Assembly (NCBI RefSeq): GCF_018977255.1
Contig: NW_024704761.1
Coordinates: forward strand, 1,302,001-1,366,000
DNA from: Callorhinchus milii
Taxonomy: Eukaryota
Reading direction: 5' to 3'
Length of the DNA stretch: 64,000 nt
The notes beneath the pieces were generated by a model, which saw only the letters and a program-made list of their open reading frames with translations, did no database searches and was not told the origin of the DNA. Shown piece by piece: positions 37,681 to 52,400 of this stretch (position 1 is its first letter; each line of letters begins with the position of its first letter). The position numbers and the translations under genes were made by a program.

Positions 37681-40600
37681 TTTGTAAAACTACGGCCTAT
37701 TGGTAAAATAATACTGTGGTACTATTGAAAAAGGACAGATGGGTTGTGCGTAGCTGAACGGATTTGATAAACCAAAAAGTTAATTAAATTAAATAATTCA
37801 GCAATTAGTGCACTTGTTTGATAGCTGTAATTGGTGTATTCACTACTTTTTGAAATTTATTAAGTGAGTCTAAAGTTGAGATATGTTATTAAAGTAATGG
37901 GAGTCAGTAGTGTAGGTTGTTTGTGGCTGTTGAGAGTGAGGGATTTTCATCCTTCCTTTCTCGGGTTTGTGCTAAGGACATTTAAAATCAGTACAGTGAA
38001 ACTCGCATAAGTATTATCATTATAAATCATAATTATTTAAGTTGTACATGCACCCAGTCCGATTCAGTTTCCTTTTAAAACTGCTTAGCTTTCTTTGCAC
38101 TAGTCTTATTTTATGAATAAATCATCTCGTAATAACGCTCCTCTATCCTCCATTACCCCTTTACTTACCGGCTGCATTGAATTATTGATTAAATCAGATT
38201 TTATACGATTTATACAAGTTTGCCAGTAAGTTGTATTAAATGTTATCATACTGAATGATGTGACTTTTTTTATTGGTGTGATGTCCCCCCCTGCCCCCCA
38301 AAATTAATCAACACCTTTTTGCAGTGGTGCACCGGCATCGGTTTCCGTGCACCACATTGTGAATCTAATTCTTATATACAAAGCTCGTGATCCAAGCACC
38401 TGTTGTAACCTTCCAAGTCATTTATTTTGCCGAGAGTATAAATATAAGCCTATAATACTTGCATTTTATACAGTCAAAATTAGAGATGGGGAAGAAGTAA
38501 TTCAAAAGCAGAAAATTAGAAAGAGACAGGTGGGAAAGATCCAGGAAAGTGGTATAGAGAGGGAAAAGCTCTGGCAGTATCACTTGTAATGGAACATTTT
38601 TTTTAAGTAGAATAGAACTCGGGGTTAATTTCATTTTCACACAACCAAATCTACATTGTCCTCAATTTTACACTTGATGAAGGCTTAAATGTTAGGTGAC
38701 CGACTTATGTAGATCCACAAATCTGGGCCAGAAGGACAGTGCTAAGATTTTACATAAATAATTTTTAATTGTATAATGTGTCTAAAAGAGGTTTGTTCAA
38801 ACCTAAGGGCAGAAAGATGTTTTCATTTGCTTTCTTGCCAAGGGAGCCAAAGTAAATCTTGTTTGTTGAGCCAAGCCACATTATCCCTTTATTTGTGTGC
38901 GTATATCCTGTAGCTTTTGTTCCCTTTGATCTCAAAGAATATACAAATGCACCATAAATTATTTTTTTTCGATTTCAAAAGAAAGTCCACAACTCTTCAT
39001 CCTACTTTATAATAATAATCCTTGCATTTGCATTGATGAATATTATACCCACTGATTTTAAATTGCTAATTCTTTCTTTCTACCACCCAACTGCTCTTGA
39101 GTAAATCACCAGCAAATCAACAAGGTAAGTTTTTTGTTTTCACGTTCTTATTCCATAGTTCACTTCCACACTCTGCAAGGAATGCCCATGTCAGTTCTCA
39201 CAATATAACAATATTGGTTTGGGAAGAAGAAGGCCCTTCAAGGGTTCTGATCTTATCCTAGTTTTTTTCAATTTCAAAAAAATAGGTCCACTACTCTTCA
39301 TCCTCCAATCAAAACAAACCCAGTGTTTAAAAAAAAGTTGTCCAGTGTCCTTGCCACAGCCACTCTTCCTGGTTACTTCTTTTAATCAATCGCCCTTTAG
39401 GTAAAGAAATACTTATTTGTGTCTGTCCCGAAATTGCCCTTTGCAACTGTGAACTTCTGCCTTCTTATTTCTGCTGTCTCAGAGCATCTGTTCTGAGTTT
39501 ACTTTCTCAATCCCATTTTAAATATTGTACCTAAATAAGGTTCCACTGAGTCATCGCTGTTCAAGACTGAGAGCCCTAAACAACAAGATTACATTTGTAT
39601 AGCGCCTTTCGGCGCTGGACAGTGTTGAGCATACCTCATTTGTCTTTCACTGTGGGTCTTTGATACTTTTCTCTACACTGCCTCTAAGCTCTGGACTTCA
39701 TCTTCTACCGCGGCAACCAGAACTGTATGCAGTACTGTAGGTGCGACTTGCAGCTTGAGTATGACCTCTGGGAATCTGAACTCTACTGATTTGGCAATAG
39801 AGATCAGCATTTTGCTTGTCTTGTATTTTGCTGCCTTTTTGGCATGGTGAGCAATGAGTCAACTAACATCCCTAGATCTTTCAGCTTCCCCTTTGGCAAG
39901 TTCTGTCCATGCATAAGAGCACATGTGCTCCTTTTTTCACATCCTATATGTATCTCATCGATTTCTTCTAGGCATTGGCATCAATTTGCATTCACATTGG
40001 CTGCATGAGTGTGAGAAACCATTTCACTCATTTCGTTGTTTGCCTCTGAACATAATTGGACATAAGTTTTCTGTAAATTCTGTACAGTGTCTTTGTTCCT
40101 GCATTTAGAGAATGGGATTGTATGCCAAGTTTAACTGTGGGAAAGCTTTTGTGGTTACCAGCGGTCTTGACTGATGCTTTCCCTGTGTAATGTAAAGTCA
40201 GGAAATAGCCAAGCAAACGGGGTTCAGAGATGCAGGCAATAATACCAGCTCCTATTATTGAAGCATTTAATCTCCACTATCAGAAGTTGAGTTCTATGCA
40301 ATTGTGTGTAGGTACAGTTGGAATCTTACTTTATTTGAGATTTTTCTGAGGTGGATTCTGAGTTGCGCTTGTTCAAAGAGTTCAACCTTTTTCTCACCTC
40401 CACAGCAGTCTTCAGTGAAGTGCAGGTTCAATGTTGGACATGTACATGAGATTTAGTTACTGAGCAGCCAGATCGCTATTTGTTCTGTGTGGGAATAAAA
40501 CATTAGGTCAGCTAGTTACTAAACTAAGAACGGAATAGTGGTTAGCAGCATGTGATCGGGGCTGCAGGGTTGAACATTATTCCACAGTGGTCACAGTTGG

Positions 40601-42694
40601 GCAATTTCAAATATGTAACAGAGGAGTTGTGTAAGTCAGACCTAGGCAACAGTTGCACATTACCCTAACATTAGTGTTTAGATCTAGCCCACTGACGTGC
40701 ATATGCTTTTTGGCAGAACCAACATGGCCTTTGCAGTTGGAAGTGATATGCTGCTAGTTCAACACACAAAACCATTTCACAGTAGACTAAGTTGTTCATC
40801 CCCCAACAATTCAGTTGATGTCTAATAAAATTGCCTCGATTTAGTTGCGTGCCTTTTTGTGGTGAAGAATAAGATAGGATGAATTCTGTGTATTTGTAAA
40901 CCACTTGCATTTATATAGCACCTTTCTAATTTTTTTAAATAAATCTCAAAACGCTTTACAAAATTAATTTAATTAGAAATGACGTGAGTATTATTATGTA
41001 GGCAGGGGTAGAAGCTAATTTGCAACAGACATCCCACAAACCAAGAGATGAGTAGACCATTAATTAAGTAAAATATGTGTGGTGAACTGCACAGGGAATA
41101 TGAGGCAGGATAACTGGGAGAAAAGCTACATGGATTTCACTTGATGCAGGAGCTGTTGTGAATGGGTGATTTTAGATTTTTTTCATTAGGCAAGAGGTTT
41201 AATGTTCATTGAATTTGGTTGTTCCCTGGTCACTTGCATGACACTTATAAAGCTAATAAACAGCACAAACTGATCGTGTGTGTGTGTATATATATATAGA
41301 GAGAGAGATATATATAGATATGTGTGTGGGGGGTGGAGGAGCTGAGAAATACTTCATGTCGTGCCAGACATTCGCGACTCCTAATAGCTCACTTTATTCA
41401 GATTGGCATCTGCTGATGAGGACTGTGCTCAGCTGACAGGATGTAGCACTTCAAGGCACAGATGGTATGTTGTCAGGAGAGACTTTGATAAAATACTACC
41501 TGGCGTTTTTGATCAAAGTTAAGTTAAACCTGCTAGCCTTCTTAAAGTAAGAATCCAAGATACTCATTTCATTTTAGAGCAGTCAGAGGTAAAGCTGGGA
41601 TGAGGTACTAGGCAAGGACTGGAGAATAAAAGATACACTTTTATTTGGTCAACCGGTTGTCTGACACATGTGAAAACCCATCACCATGCTTAAGAGTATC
41701 CAAACCAAACTTGATGCACGGTGATGCGAATTCCACGCATCCCACCTACACATGTAAATTCCAGAGGTAAATTGTCGGAGTAGAATGCGCATCCTGGAGG
41801 GACACATCCTGCTTACCTAATTCTGGAAAGTATTAGGTGCATTGATTAATACTTAATTCATTAATTACATACAAATGTAAATTATTGGTAAACCTTTTAC
41901 ATTTCACACTTTCTTACCTGGGATCTGGTCTGCAGGTTGCTGTGTACCACAGACCAACCACATTGATAACTTGTGCCCTGCCCTGTGTTTTGTTTTTGAA
42001 AATTTCTAGATTAATGATCTTTTCTCATGCCTGTTAGGTAATACTGGCTGTGCTGGAGGGCATGTTCCATTTGATGGGCTAAGTCAATTTATCCAATTTA
42101 CATGACATTAATGATGCTGAACTTCAATAGAAATAGAGTTGCCAATTTAGAGAGTAGCTCATCAGTGCTGGTTTTGAAAGAGCTGTGATTAGCTGTAAAA
42201 ATAATTTTGGGGTTGGAAATTGTCTTTTTACTGCTATTTTGGTATAAGTGCTGTTGTCATCATCACTGAGGCAATCATAAATGATCAAGCCTTATGCTGC
42301 AAGCAAGCTATAATTAACAAACTGCAGTTCTTGAAGGATGCTGAGGGCAATAATTCTTTGTTCATGTTGAGTATTGTGTACTTTAATATGTGTATGTAAA
42401 GGTGCAGAATAGCTTTCCTCATCTCACTTCCTCTTCTCCTCGCCCCCCCCCCCCCCCACACCCCCAAAAAAAACTGGTTGAAGAAGTCTATTAAGGGACA
42501 CTTGATGAAATGCTTTTGATGAGTTAACAATAACAACATGCACTTATATAGTGCCCTCCATGCAGTTTAGCCTCTCAGAGAACTTAACAGTGGTGAAGCC
42601 TGTCTCCGAGCCGGCCTTCCAGCGCCTTGGGACGTCCTCCCGATGTGAAAGGCGCTCTATAAATGGAATCTTGTTGTTTGTTGTTGTTGTAAGC

Positions 42695-43300
42695 ACGGTC
42701 GAAGAGGACAGTTTTCCGGTGTGACTTGAAAGAGGGGAGGGGGGGGGCAAGGCGGGGGGATTGAGGGAGAGTGTTCCAGAGTTTTTGGGAGTAGTGGCTG
42801 TAAGCCCGACCTCCGATGGTGGAGCGGAGGTTGCGAGGGACAAGCAGGAAGCTGGTGCCAGCCGAACGGGGCGCCGGGTGGTAGATTGGTGAGTGAGGAG
42901 GTTGGAGAGGGAGGGAGGTGCCAGGGAGTGAATGGATTTGAACATGAGAGCCAGTGGAGCCTGGCTGGTGATGGGGAGCCAGTGGAGCCTGGCCCAGAAC
43001 TGGTGGGTACGGAGTTTGGCTCAGGTCAGTATGCAGAGTTCTAAATGAGCTGATCTTGTGAATAGTGGAGCTGGGGAGACGGGCGAGGAGTGGGTTGGAG
43101 TAATCCAGGCGGGAGGTGACAAACACATGCACAAGGGTTTTGGCTGCACTTGGGATAAAGTACGGTCGGAGGGGGTCAATGTGGCAGAGGTGGAAGAAAG
43201 CGGTCCTGGTCAGGGAACAGCTATGGGGCAGAAAGGACAGTTGGGGGTCTAACCGGACTCCTAGGTTGCACATTGGTTCGGTGAGTCTGAGTTAAGTTTC
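42695..43300 (-). mobile_element. L2 LINE fragment (frameshifted ORF2 C-terminus)
   Basis: Encodes NLGVRLDPQLSF...LVHVFVTSRLDYSNPLLARLP and IGGRAYSHYSQKLWNTLP; abuts an opposite-strand L2 tail at 42620-42690. Confidence 0.88.
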
Positions 43301-44335
43301 CAGGTCACATGTATTGACTTGATTTTTTTGGGCTGTGCTAGGACAGCAATGCCAAATCAACATTGTTGCTTGTTAAGCGAGCCAGAAAGACATAGTGACC
43401 AGTACATCCTGAAGTAGTGGGGAGAGGAAACGAAAACCATCTGACATGATGTGGGCTCTAAATCTAGTGTNGGGGGGAGTGGTGGAAAGCTATCTTAGGC
43501 AAGAATATTATATAAATGATAGCACAAACGGATTTTTAGTATAAATGTGGTTTAAATCAAGGTACAAGTAGGGAAACAAGGTATTCCTCAATACATCAGT
43601 TTTCTGATAATTGAGGGTGGTAATCTTGCATCTTAAATGGTAGTTTCCTGTTAGTTTCAGTTTGAGACTGCATCATAATCTAACTCCTGCCAATCTCTCT
43701 AATGATGCATAAAATACCAGCACTTTGTACTCCACTTTATCTGCTATGGTTGCTGTAAAGCAGTGATGATTCAATATCATTCAGACAGAAAATTGAATTG
43801 TTGATTCTTACCATAAATAGGCAAGCCTTTGGCCTGAACAGTTTGTGAAGTTAATCTGGCTCAGAATTTATTTGGGGAAAATATAAAATGATTTTGTGCT
43901 TTTGTTTCATTTTTGGAGAGAATTTTGTATGTTTACTTTTTCTGTCATGTTCAGATTTAACTTATCACATAAGGAGCTTTTTTCAAAGTGCTCAATAATT
44001 TTTTTTAAAAAAAGCTTATCTTAATTCACATGTAAACGTTTAAGTAGATATAAGAAAATCTCCTCAATTGTTTATTCCTTAGTTCATACAATTTCAGCCT
44101 TAAAAGGCTGACCTCCAGGTGACTAAACTAGCTCGTTTAGATTGGCAAGTATATTGTTATTAAAAGGCTGCAAGATTACCACTGTGTATATGTACATAAG
44201 TTGATAGAAAATGTGGTTAGAATGTGTTATTTATTAAAAATGCTTAAGTTCAAGGATCAGAAGGTCTGATTTCACATCAATGTAAATTCTAAAGAAGAGC
44301 CAGGAAGCCTGTTTAAAACCAATGTTTCCAATGTG

Positions 44336-44592
44336 GAATATTGGTTAGAGCACTCGCCTCACAAGCGACAGACCTAGGTTCGATTCCCGGGCAGGGCGAA
44401 ACCTTATTCAAGTTTGCTCACTCCACATGCCTCTGTTTACCCAGCAGTAAGTAGGAATCCCGTTGTTAGTTGATTGGCGGATCAACAGTCAAATATACAG
44501 TCAATTCACTTTACTGTGTATTCTGCAAAGTGCTTTGAGATGTCTCGAACATGTGATGAGGTGCTATATTAAATGCAAGAATTATTATTATA
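44336..44592 (+). mobile_element. tRNA-derived SINE (head and tail, internal deletion)
   Basis: Head GGTTAGAGCACTCGCC...GGTTCGATTCCC (B box) and tail AAATGCAAGAATTATTATT. Confidence 0.85.
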
Positions 44593-47500
44593 ATGTGTCT
44601 TCTGAGACGCTGGAAAGTGTTGCAGGCACCTTACTTTTTTTAGTAATTTAAGATGTCAATTATTGGAACTGTGTATTCAACATTTCTTTGGTACCAGGCT
44701 TTTTTTGTGATCTGCCCAACCTTCTGGTTTCTTGAAATGGTATTTTTGCTTTGATGTGTTGCATTTGGCTTTATCATTGACTGTGTTTAATGTTGTGTGG
44801 AAAGATGAACATCTGCAGGAACTGCGTTAATGATGGATGATGTAATCATTTTTGCTCTTGTCCTGGGACATGTGAAGCATACACCATATGTAATGCCAGA
44901 AACTCTCTTTCACCTCCCAATCCCACACCAGCCCTGAGTTGCGGCCTCTTGCTGGGGTATGATTCCACAAGAACTAATTGTCCTCTGGTACCTTGTCATG
45001 TATGACATTGCTAAACATGATGATGATATTACTGTAAACTCCTGATAATTTGACCCTGATTTAACTTGTCACTATCATTGAGACCACTGCCTGGCAAGCT
45101 TTTCACCTTAACCATTAGAGCTTTGGGTTGTGGGGGTTAAGGGGGGCAGAGTGGGAAGAGTAGGATCTTCAATCGTAGAATAAGCAAAAATAAAATCCTC
45201 AAATGGTTAAATAAAATAAGTTAACCAAGCTCTGTCTGGATCTTAGCCAGAATTTCCATTTTAACTCTGCTGTAGTTAGGGAGTTGCAGCGAGACATTCC
45301 ATCCCCCTTCTCTCCGTCTTCTTCTCCCTCCCTGTCCCAATTTACCAGACAAAATGAACAGCAGCAGATCTGATAGGCTCATCTTCTGTCACTGAGCCTC
45401 ACCCGGTGAGTGGGTGAGGTGGGGAAAGAGAAGAGAAACTAGCATAACTTTGATTGCTGCCACATTTAGGCAAACTCCTGGCCCAAGCAGATCTGTAAAC
45501 TTACTTTTTCAGTTTGACCAGTGACATTAAAAAACTTACAGTAATATATCTGACTCTAAACAACAGACTATGGTAGAAGCCCTTAATAAGATGGTAGTGG
45601 AGGGGTCCATAAAATTCCAGCTTGCCTTATAACTGGGCGCAACCAAAAGTTGCAGCCTGTCAACATAACTGCTGCGCATGTGTGCAGAAGGCAGGTTTGC
45701 TGTGCTAAACAATTGCTTTTTTTCTGGGACATTGGTTTATTGTTGACATTGTTTTCTGCATACTGTGCATGATACCAGCGATGACCTGACCACCAGGAAG
45801 GTAGCCATTTTTATTCAGCCCTCAGGAACCCTGCTGGCTGTGAGCTGAAACCAACGGCGTGTCCACAGGACGCCCACCTTATAAACAGACCATCAGTATT
45901 TTGAAGGGCACCTTCTAACTGAGTTTTACTGTAAATGTTCAACCACATTCTTAATTCTATAAAATCTTTATTTGTGCTTGCCTTGTCCCTCACTTCTTCG
46001 TTTTATATTTCTTCATTTACATTTTACTTTCACTACCTTATCCTGTTTCAGCTGAAAGTTGTTCAAACCTTTTATCTTCCACCATCAATTTGGAGATGGG
46101 AATGAGATTCTCTAAAAGGCTTTTGATTAGCTGAAACTGGCTGATATCTGTCAGTGTTTCCAAGCCACTGATTGCAACTGGTATGCCCCATACAGCAGAC
46201 ACTCCTTTACAGTGCTCCAAGGGTTAACAATAAAAATAAAGACAGAATGAGGGTAAATATTTCCATTTTATAAAAATGTTTGACGTAGAATTGGTGGCCT
46301 GCTTCTTGTAGGGTAAATGTTTTGAATGAACTGTAAGCTTCTGGTCCGTGAATTGCAGCATGTAAACAATCCTAATATGGAAATGAGAACAAAATACAAA
46401 GGTTTTTTTTATATTGGATTCCAATCCCTCCCAGCTGAACAGTAACTGTGCATGGTTATTTTCTTCCTTTGTTTGACATTTTGGGTGTATTTTGATTCCA
46501 ATGACTTATTTTTAAAATATTGAACTAAATAATAATTTTAAATTGTTGAGTTTTGATAGCTGGAGTGGATTTATTTTAATATAACGATTATACAACGAAT
46601 GATGGTTACTGATTTTACTACTCAAATTTGTCACTCTGCAAAAATGTGTTCAAGTGAACTTTTAAAGGTGAATATTGTTGAAATAAAGAATAAATTAAGA
46701 GTAATTATTAGTCTGTAAACTGGCACCTGGATGAGTTTCTAAACCATGGAAAAGCAAAACTGATAATTTGATGCATTAGAACCTTTGTGTGTTTTGAAAG
46801 CTGTAATACACAAAATGTTCAAAAAAAATGAATTTTGAATAAATAAGGTTCAACTGACTTAAGCATTTTGTACTTGTTGCCTTTTTTTTAAGAAAAAAAC
46901 TACCGTGGCTGAGCATCTGTTTGAAAATACTGAGCAACATTACAGAAAATGTAACTTTTCTAAGTTCTGTGTCTTACAGGGCATTAAAATGTCATCTAAG
47001 TGTTGTTTGGTATGCTTTGAACCAATTGCAATAGTTTTAACAACAAACCAATTAGAACATACCTGTGGTTAGACACAGTTTACATTTCATGTGAACATTC
47101 GCTATAAAAGCAACAACTGCACTCGAATGTCTCTTTTCACTCAGTTAATGAGGTCCTCGGACATGCTTAAATACAGTTCTGTATTTAAACTCCATCCAGT
47201 AAACTCACTCCAAGAGTCAATAATGAGCTTAGACAGTGAGTGGCAGCAGGCTGTTGGTTGCTGGAACCACAGTAATATTTTTGCTTGCAAATACACACAA
47301 ATACACATTCCAGCCATGGTGATGAACCAAAGAATTAGTATTTTTTTCTGACATCTTGTTATTTTGAAACGTCTCCAAGCTCTTCATAGGAGATAATTAT
47401 CGTGAAATTAATTTTTCTAATCAAACACACTAATCAAACACAATTGCCACATCAATGGTTCACCACCAGCCTTGAAGCGAGTGGCATTTATCTGGGAGAT

Positions 47501-47599
47501 TGATGGTCAGTACTCTGGGAGAAATTCTTTTTGAATAGATGGGGCAAACGCTCTGGGAGAAACTCTTGGGTGTTGCCCACGCCCCAGAGGCAGTGCAGA

Positions 47600-47810
47600 G
47601 GAGAGCAATGAGGATGGTCCCCAGTGTTACACGAACGAGCTACAAGCAATCGTTAGACAATCTACGGCTCATCAGTCTTAAGTGAAGACATCTCAGAGGG
47701 GACCTCGTAGAAGTGTATAAAATTTTTAATTGTATTGAAAAAGTAAGCGCAGAACAATACTTTAGGAAATACCGAGACAGTACAAGAGGACATGGGTTTA
47801 AGAGTTGCAA
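47600..47810 (+). mobile_element. Old CR1 fragment
   Basis: Encodes an LRGDLVEVYKIF-like motif. Confidence 0.6.
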
Positions 47811-49330
47811 AGGACTCACCCAAAATTCTGGGTTGTAATACTGTAGTGAAGATGACTTTAATATAAACTAGTTTCAGAGATTTCAGTAGTTATAACTAGG
47901 AAAGAGAAGAGACAATACTATTGAAAGCTCAAGGTAAATTGCCCAAACATGAACTGCTGCTGTATTAGCTTTGTGCCTGTCTTTTAACGAGATTAATCTG
48001 GTCGAGGGGATTCTTATGGCCAGAATTGGGCCAGCATATTGTGTGGTATGATGTGAGATAGCTCATCTTAAAAAAAAATTCACATGTTAATACATGCACA
48101 TTTAGCCATCAATGTTTCAATGCATTATTGTGTAAATGCTCTATCATGTGCAGATGCAGAAGGCATCTTGGTGACTTGACCCGGATGTGCCCCAATCATT
48201 GCGTTATAACTGAGTGCAACTATATATGCTGCAAGAGTGTTATGGCTGTAATCATTTTAATATTAAAGATATAGTGATTCTGTTCTATTTGCAGAGGATA
48301 TATTGTCTTTTATATTGTCGTCACTGAACTGCAGAAATGTTTTCTGCAAACATTGCTTTATCACTTGAAGCGGCCCCTTGGAATTGTATGTACATATGTG
48401 AAAAACAAGGTGTATGTTGTGCATTAACACACTTACAAGCCTACATAGGTCAGACATTTTACACTGCAACCAGTAAGTTTCACCAAGAACTGTTTAGTGT
48501 TTAAGTGCACATCGGTTCAGTCAGTGCAGTTTGAGGCAGGAAATGCAAGGATTCAGGCAATTTATGGTAATGCTGAAAATCATCCACAAGTGAAGTAGAA
48601 TTATTTACTGCATTCTTCAATAATCTTTCATTTTTTTATAAAAATATATATTTAACTTTTTTTTCACAATCATCTGGGTAACTTGCTTCAAATGACATTT
48701 CTTCAGTGAGGGCTTGATGGAGCAGTAATAATATGACAGGTTTTGAGTTTTGAATACTATAGAGTTATTGCACAATAAAGGTATTTTGTGGTTTTCACCT
48801 TCTCTTGCATATCAAGGACACTAGTTCTATTCCCTTTCCTTTCATGTTGTGAGTAAATATAGAGTAACACAATAATTTCTGCCTGTTTAAGGCAATAATA
48901 GGTCTTCAGAGGGTGTAACCACCAAGAAAACAGATATTTCTACCTTTACTTCAATTTGTATACTGAACATGATTTATGTCTGCTGTAGAAGCAGTATTCT
49001 TCCTAATTTGGGCATCACAGTGTTTGTACGAGTCGACACAATTGCAAGGCACAGGTTCAGAATGAGAGACCAGCAAATTGTCCAGCTAGAATGAAAATAA
49101 TCTCAGAGAAAACAAGTTTATATTGAAATAAAATAGTCTGTTACTTTATTATTCCATCCAATGTTTTTGTAAGCATTGCTTAATGTCTTTGATCTTCTGT
49201 TATGGTTTGTGGTACCCTGTGGTGTGTGGGAACCAATACTATGGCTGTAGTGCGAAAGTACATTACACTGGCGTTATTCCACTGCTCTAGAGTTGCAGAC
49301 AGTGGCTAAAAGATGTGTACTCTGATTGAT

Positions 49331-49490
49331 GTCAGCCTGGGTCAGTTGGTAGCACTCTTGCCTTTGAGTCAGCTGATTGCGGGTTCAAACCCCATTTCAG
49401 GACTTTGAGCTCAGTCAAGGCCGACACTCTTGAGGCAGTGCGGAGGATCGCTGCATTGTCGCAGGTGCTTTTCTTTTGATGAGATATTTG
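49331..49490 (+). mobile_element. Older tRNA-derived SINE, 5' part
   Basis: GGGTCAGTTGGTAGCACTC...GGTTCAAACCC head with shared body. Confidence 0.75.
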
Positions 49491-52400
49491 TTTAATCCTG
49501 TTACTTCACGGGGATGGAGAACTCTTTTCGATACATATATCATGCCACGATTATATGATGGAATGCAAACTTTGCAAACTGTACATTTCCTAAATGTCAC
49601 TTACACTACAATCTATTTGTTGTAAATACCTATAGCCAGTTTCTAAAAATTCTGCAAATTTTGGTCATCCAACAGGTTTCCCATGACCCCACCTTCTACA
49701 AAATGCTTGTTTGTTAATGTATAATGTGGTTCATACTGAGCAAAACCTGGGGTTAGGAAGTGGTATATTGATTGTCTCGCCACTGCTTCCTGTGCTTACC
49801 ATCACACTTCCTGTCATAGACCACAGACAATATACAGTATAATTAGTTTTGTTTCAGATCTTAGTTTAATTTGTTTGCCAGGCTCTTCTGACATACAAAA
49901 ACCCATGGAAGTTTTCCAGTAACTGTTGTACTAACAGGTCCTGGTTCAGTACAGCTTCACTGGTAAAATGGTGTTTTTTTCCTCTACCCTAATCATGCAC
50001 TATTTTATCATGGCAAATGGATGTCCTGTGTATCTATTCCCATTGGGGAATTGCTGAGCAGAGATCAATTGCCTCCTCACAGGAAGGGGAACAGAGGTAG
50101 AGCTTTTTTCCCCTTTCCCCGTCACTAGGGACACTAAGCCCCCAATTGTTGTGCCTTTGTTGTTTTCCTTGTTTCCTTCAGCAAAGAACTGTAGTTTGAA
50201 ACTGGATTCTTCCCATCTGTCTGGTGGTTTCACACTGAGCAATAGCTTTACTAATCTCAGAGTGACGATTTACTTTTTACTATCCTATTTCTATAAATAC
50301 AGTACTATGGCCATGTTGATCTCAATATTTTATACTTTAATGTCATGGAATAAAGGGAGCTGTGCCAGGGCAGCCATGCTTACTCTAGAGCCAGTCATCT
50401 GTGTCCTGGAAACCATCCTAGTCCTGTAAATAATGCTAATGGTTTGCTTTTAATCTACCATGCCCTAAACTTGTAGGTCTCTTGAGATTGTGTACAATAT
50501 ATTTTACTTTTGTTCACATACAATATATTTGCCACACGCGTACTTGTCACATAATCCATGTGCTTTAAATAATTCACCTTATGGTTCCATTATTAAAAAG
50601 GGGCCTTAATAAAAAGCTTTTGCTGTATTGCAGGTGCCTTCTAAAACTTTTCCCCAAATTAACACCAATTCTAGCAACTATTCTAATGAATGTGGAGCAA
50701 AGTAGTTTGCTTTATTATTATTGCGAGTTATTTGAATCCACTCCATCCTAGACTTATCCTATTACATAATTGAGTGTAGCGAGCTGTAGACATTCGACAT
50801 GCACAGAAGGTGTTGATAAGTGATCCACTGACCTAGGCCATGCAGTTGGAATTTTTGGTACTATTTGAGTTGGTTGATTCATGTCACCGTGACATTTTGT
50901 TACTTCTCTGATAGCTTCCTCCTCAATTTGAACCGATGCCAACCCAATATTGAGATCTGTATATCTTGCTGCGGTTTTCTCATATAGATATATACATTGT
51001 GTATATTCCTTGTGGTGAAGAAATTCAGAAAATAATTTAACTGTTTCCAATTTTAAGGTAGTCTGGCAACTTTATGTAAAAATTAAATTATACAGTCACA
51101 ATGTGATGTTGGAAGATTCTGAGTGAAGTTATTGAGAAATGTTACAGAAAATCCAAAAGTCTGCCGTTTTTCTTTCAATGCTGCATATTGTATTGAGTTT
51201 AAAAATACTCAACAGAAGAGTTGAACAATTTGAAAGTTTCTCTGTTATTCTCGTTCTGATTTAAGTTTTAAAAAGTATTGAATATCCTTGAAAATCTGCA
51301 CATATTGAATCATAAAAAGTGTTTAATATTGATTCCTCAATCTACTTTGTAATTTTTAAATTCTACTAATCAAAGATTAGATTGTTAGGTTTTACTACTT
51401 TATTGGTTAATGAGGGACAATGATTTCCAATTTATTTTTGTATGACCATGGAGATTAAGCCAAGATTGCATTTTCTTTTTATTGTTGCTATAACCTCTCC
51501 ACAAAAGCTTAGAAGGAGAAAATCAAGGATCCCCATTTGTTTCAAAGAAGAAAACTCAATGTGTGCATTTTTCTATTTATACATTAGCATAAATATGTCT
51601 GGGTCAATATTATCTGACAATACGTGAACCAAAGTAGTCTTTGAATCTTGATTTAATCAATTAAAAGCTACAGTAGAAACTTGTAGTTAAGTGCTTGCCT
51701 ATTTTGCCATCATTAGTGAGTTTGGGATTTTGGTCACTTTCAAATGGGGAAGGGGAGGCTTGTGAAAATGCAGCCAGAATAATGAGTGTCACTGATTACC
51801 AGGGACTTACTATTATCAGAATTTCCTAGTAGTACACAAGTAGCAGTACTGAAAATAGTTTAGGAAACTAGCACTGTGTATCATTGTTTTTTTTCTCAGC
51901 TCTGGATAGCTGTCACGCTAGCTAATCAATGGTGACTAGGATCATCAGCCTGTCGTATTTAATTGTTGCACACTGGGCCTCAGCCAGAGGCACATCGGAC
52001 AAATGCTCAGTGGTTGCACTTCAACTCTGTTTATATTTTCAGTGCACTTTTAGACTTGAGATAAATCTTACATAGTAATTGGCCAAGCTTTCATTTGCAG
52101 ATGCTCAACTGGTGAAGTATTCAATAACCCTCATAAGTATTATTTAGAATTGGCACCTGATTAGGTCTCCAGTTTTAGTATTCAGAGACACCATTTNAAA
52201 AAAAACTGCAGAGCAATATACTGTATATTTAAACAGACCTCTTCAAATTCTAGTTGCATAATTTGTGCTGACTGTCTGGTCTTCCTGTTTATTTAGGAGT
52301 ATAACATTTGTTTAACTTTCACCATCACATTTTTGTGTCTACAAATAATACACAACTTGAACTGTAGAGTACATAGACTATACATGTTGTTGTTGTATAC

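Noticed and set aside
42584-43273. 229-aa ORF as a host gene or active LINE
   Set aside because: Truncated, frameshifted L2 ORF2 fragment lacking the RT core and endonuclease.
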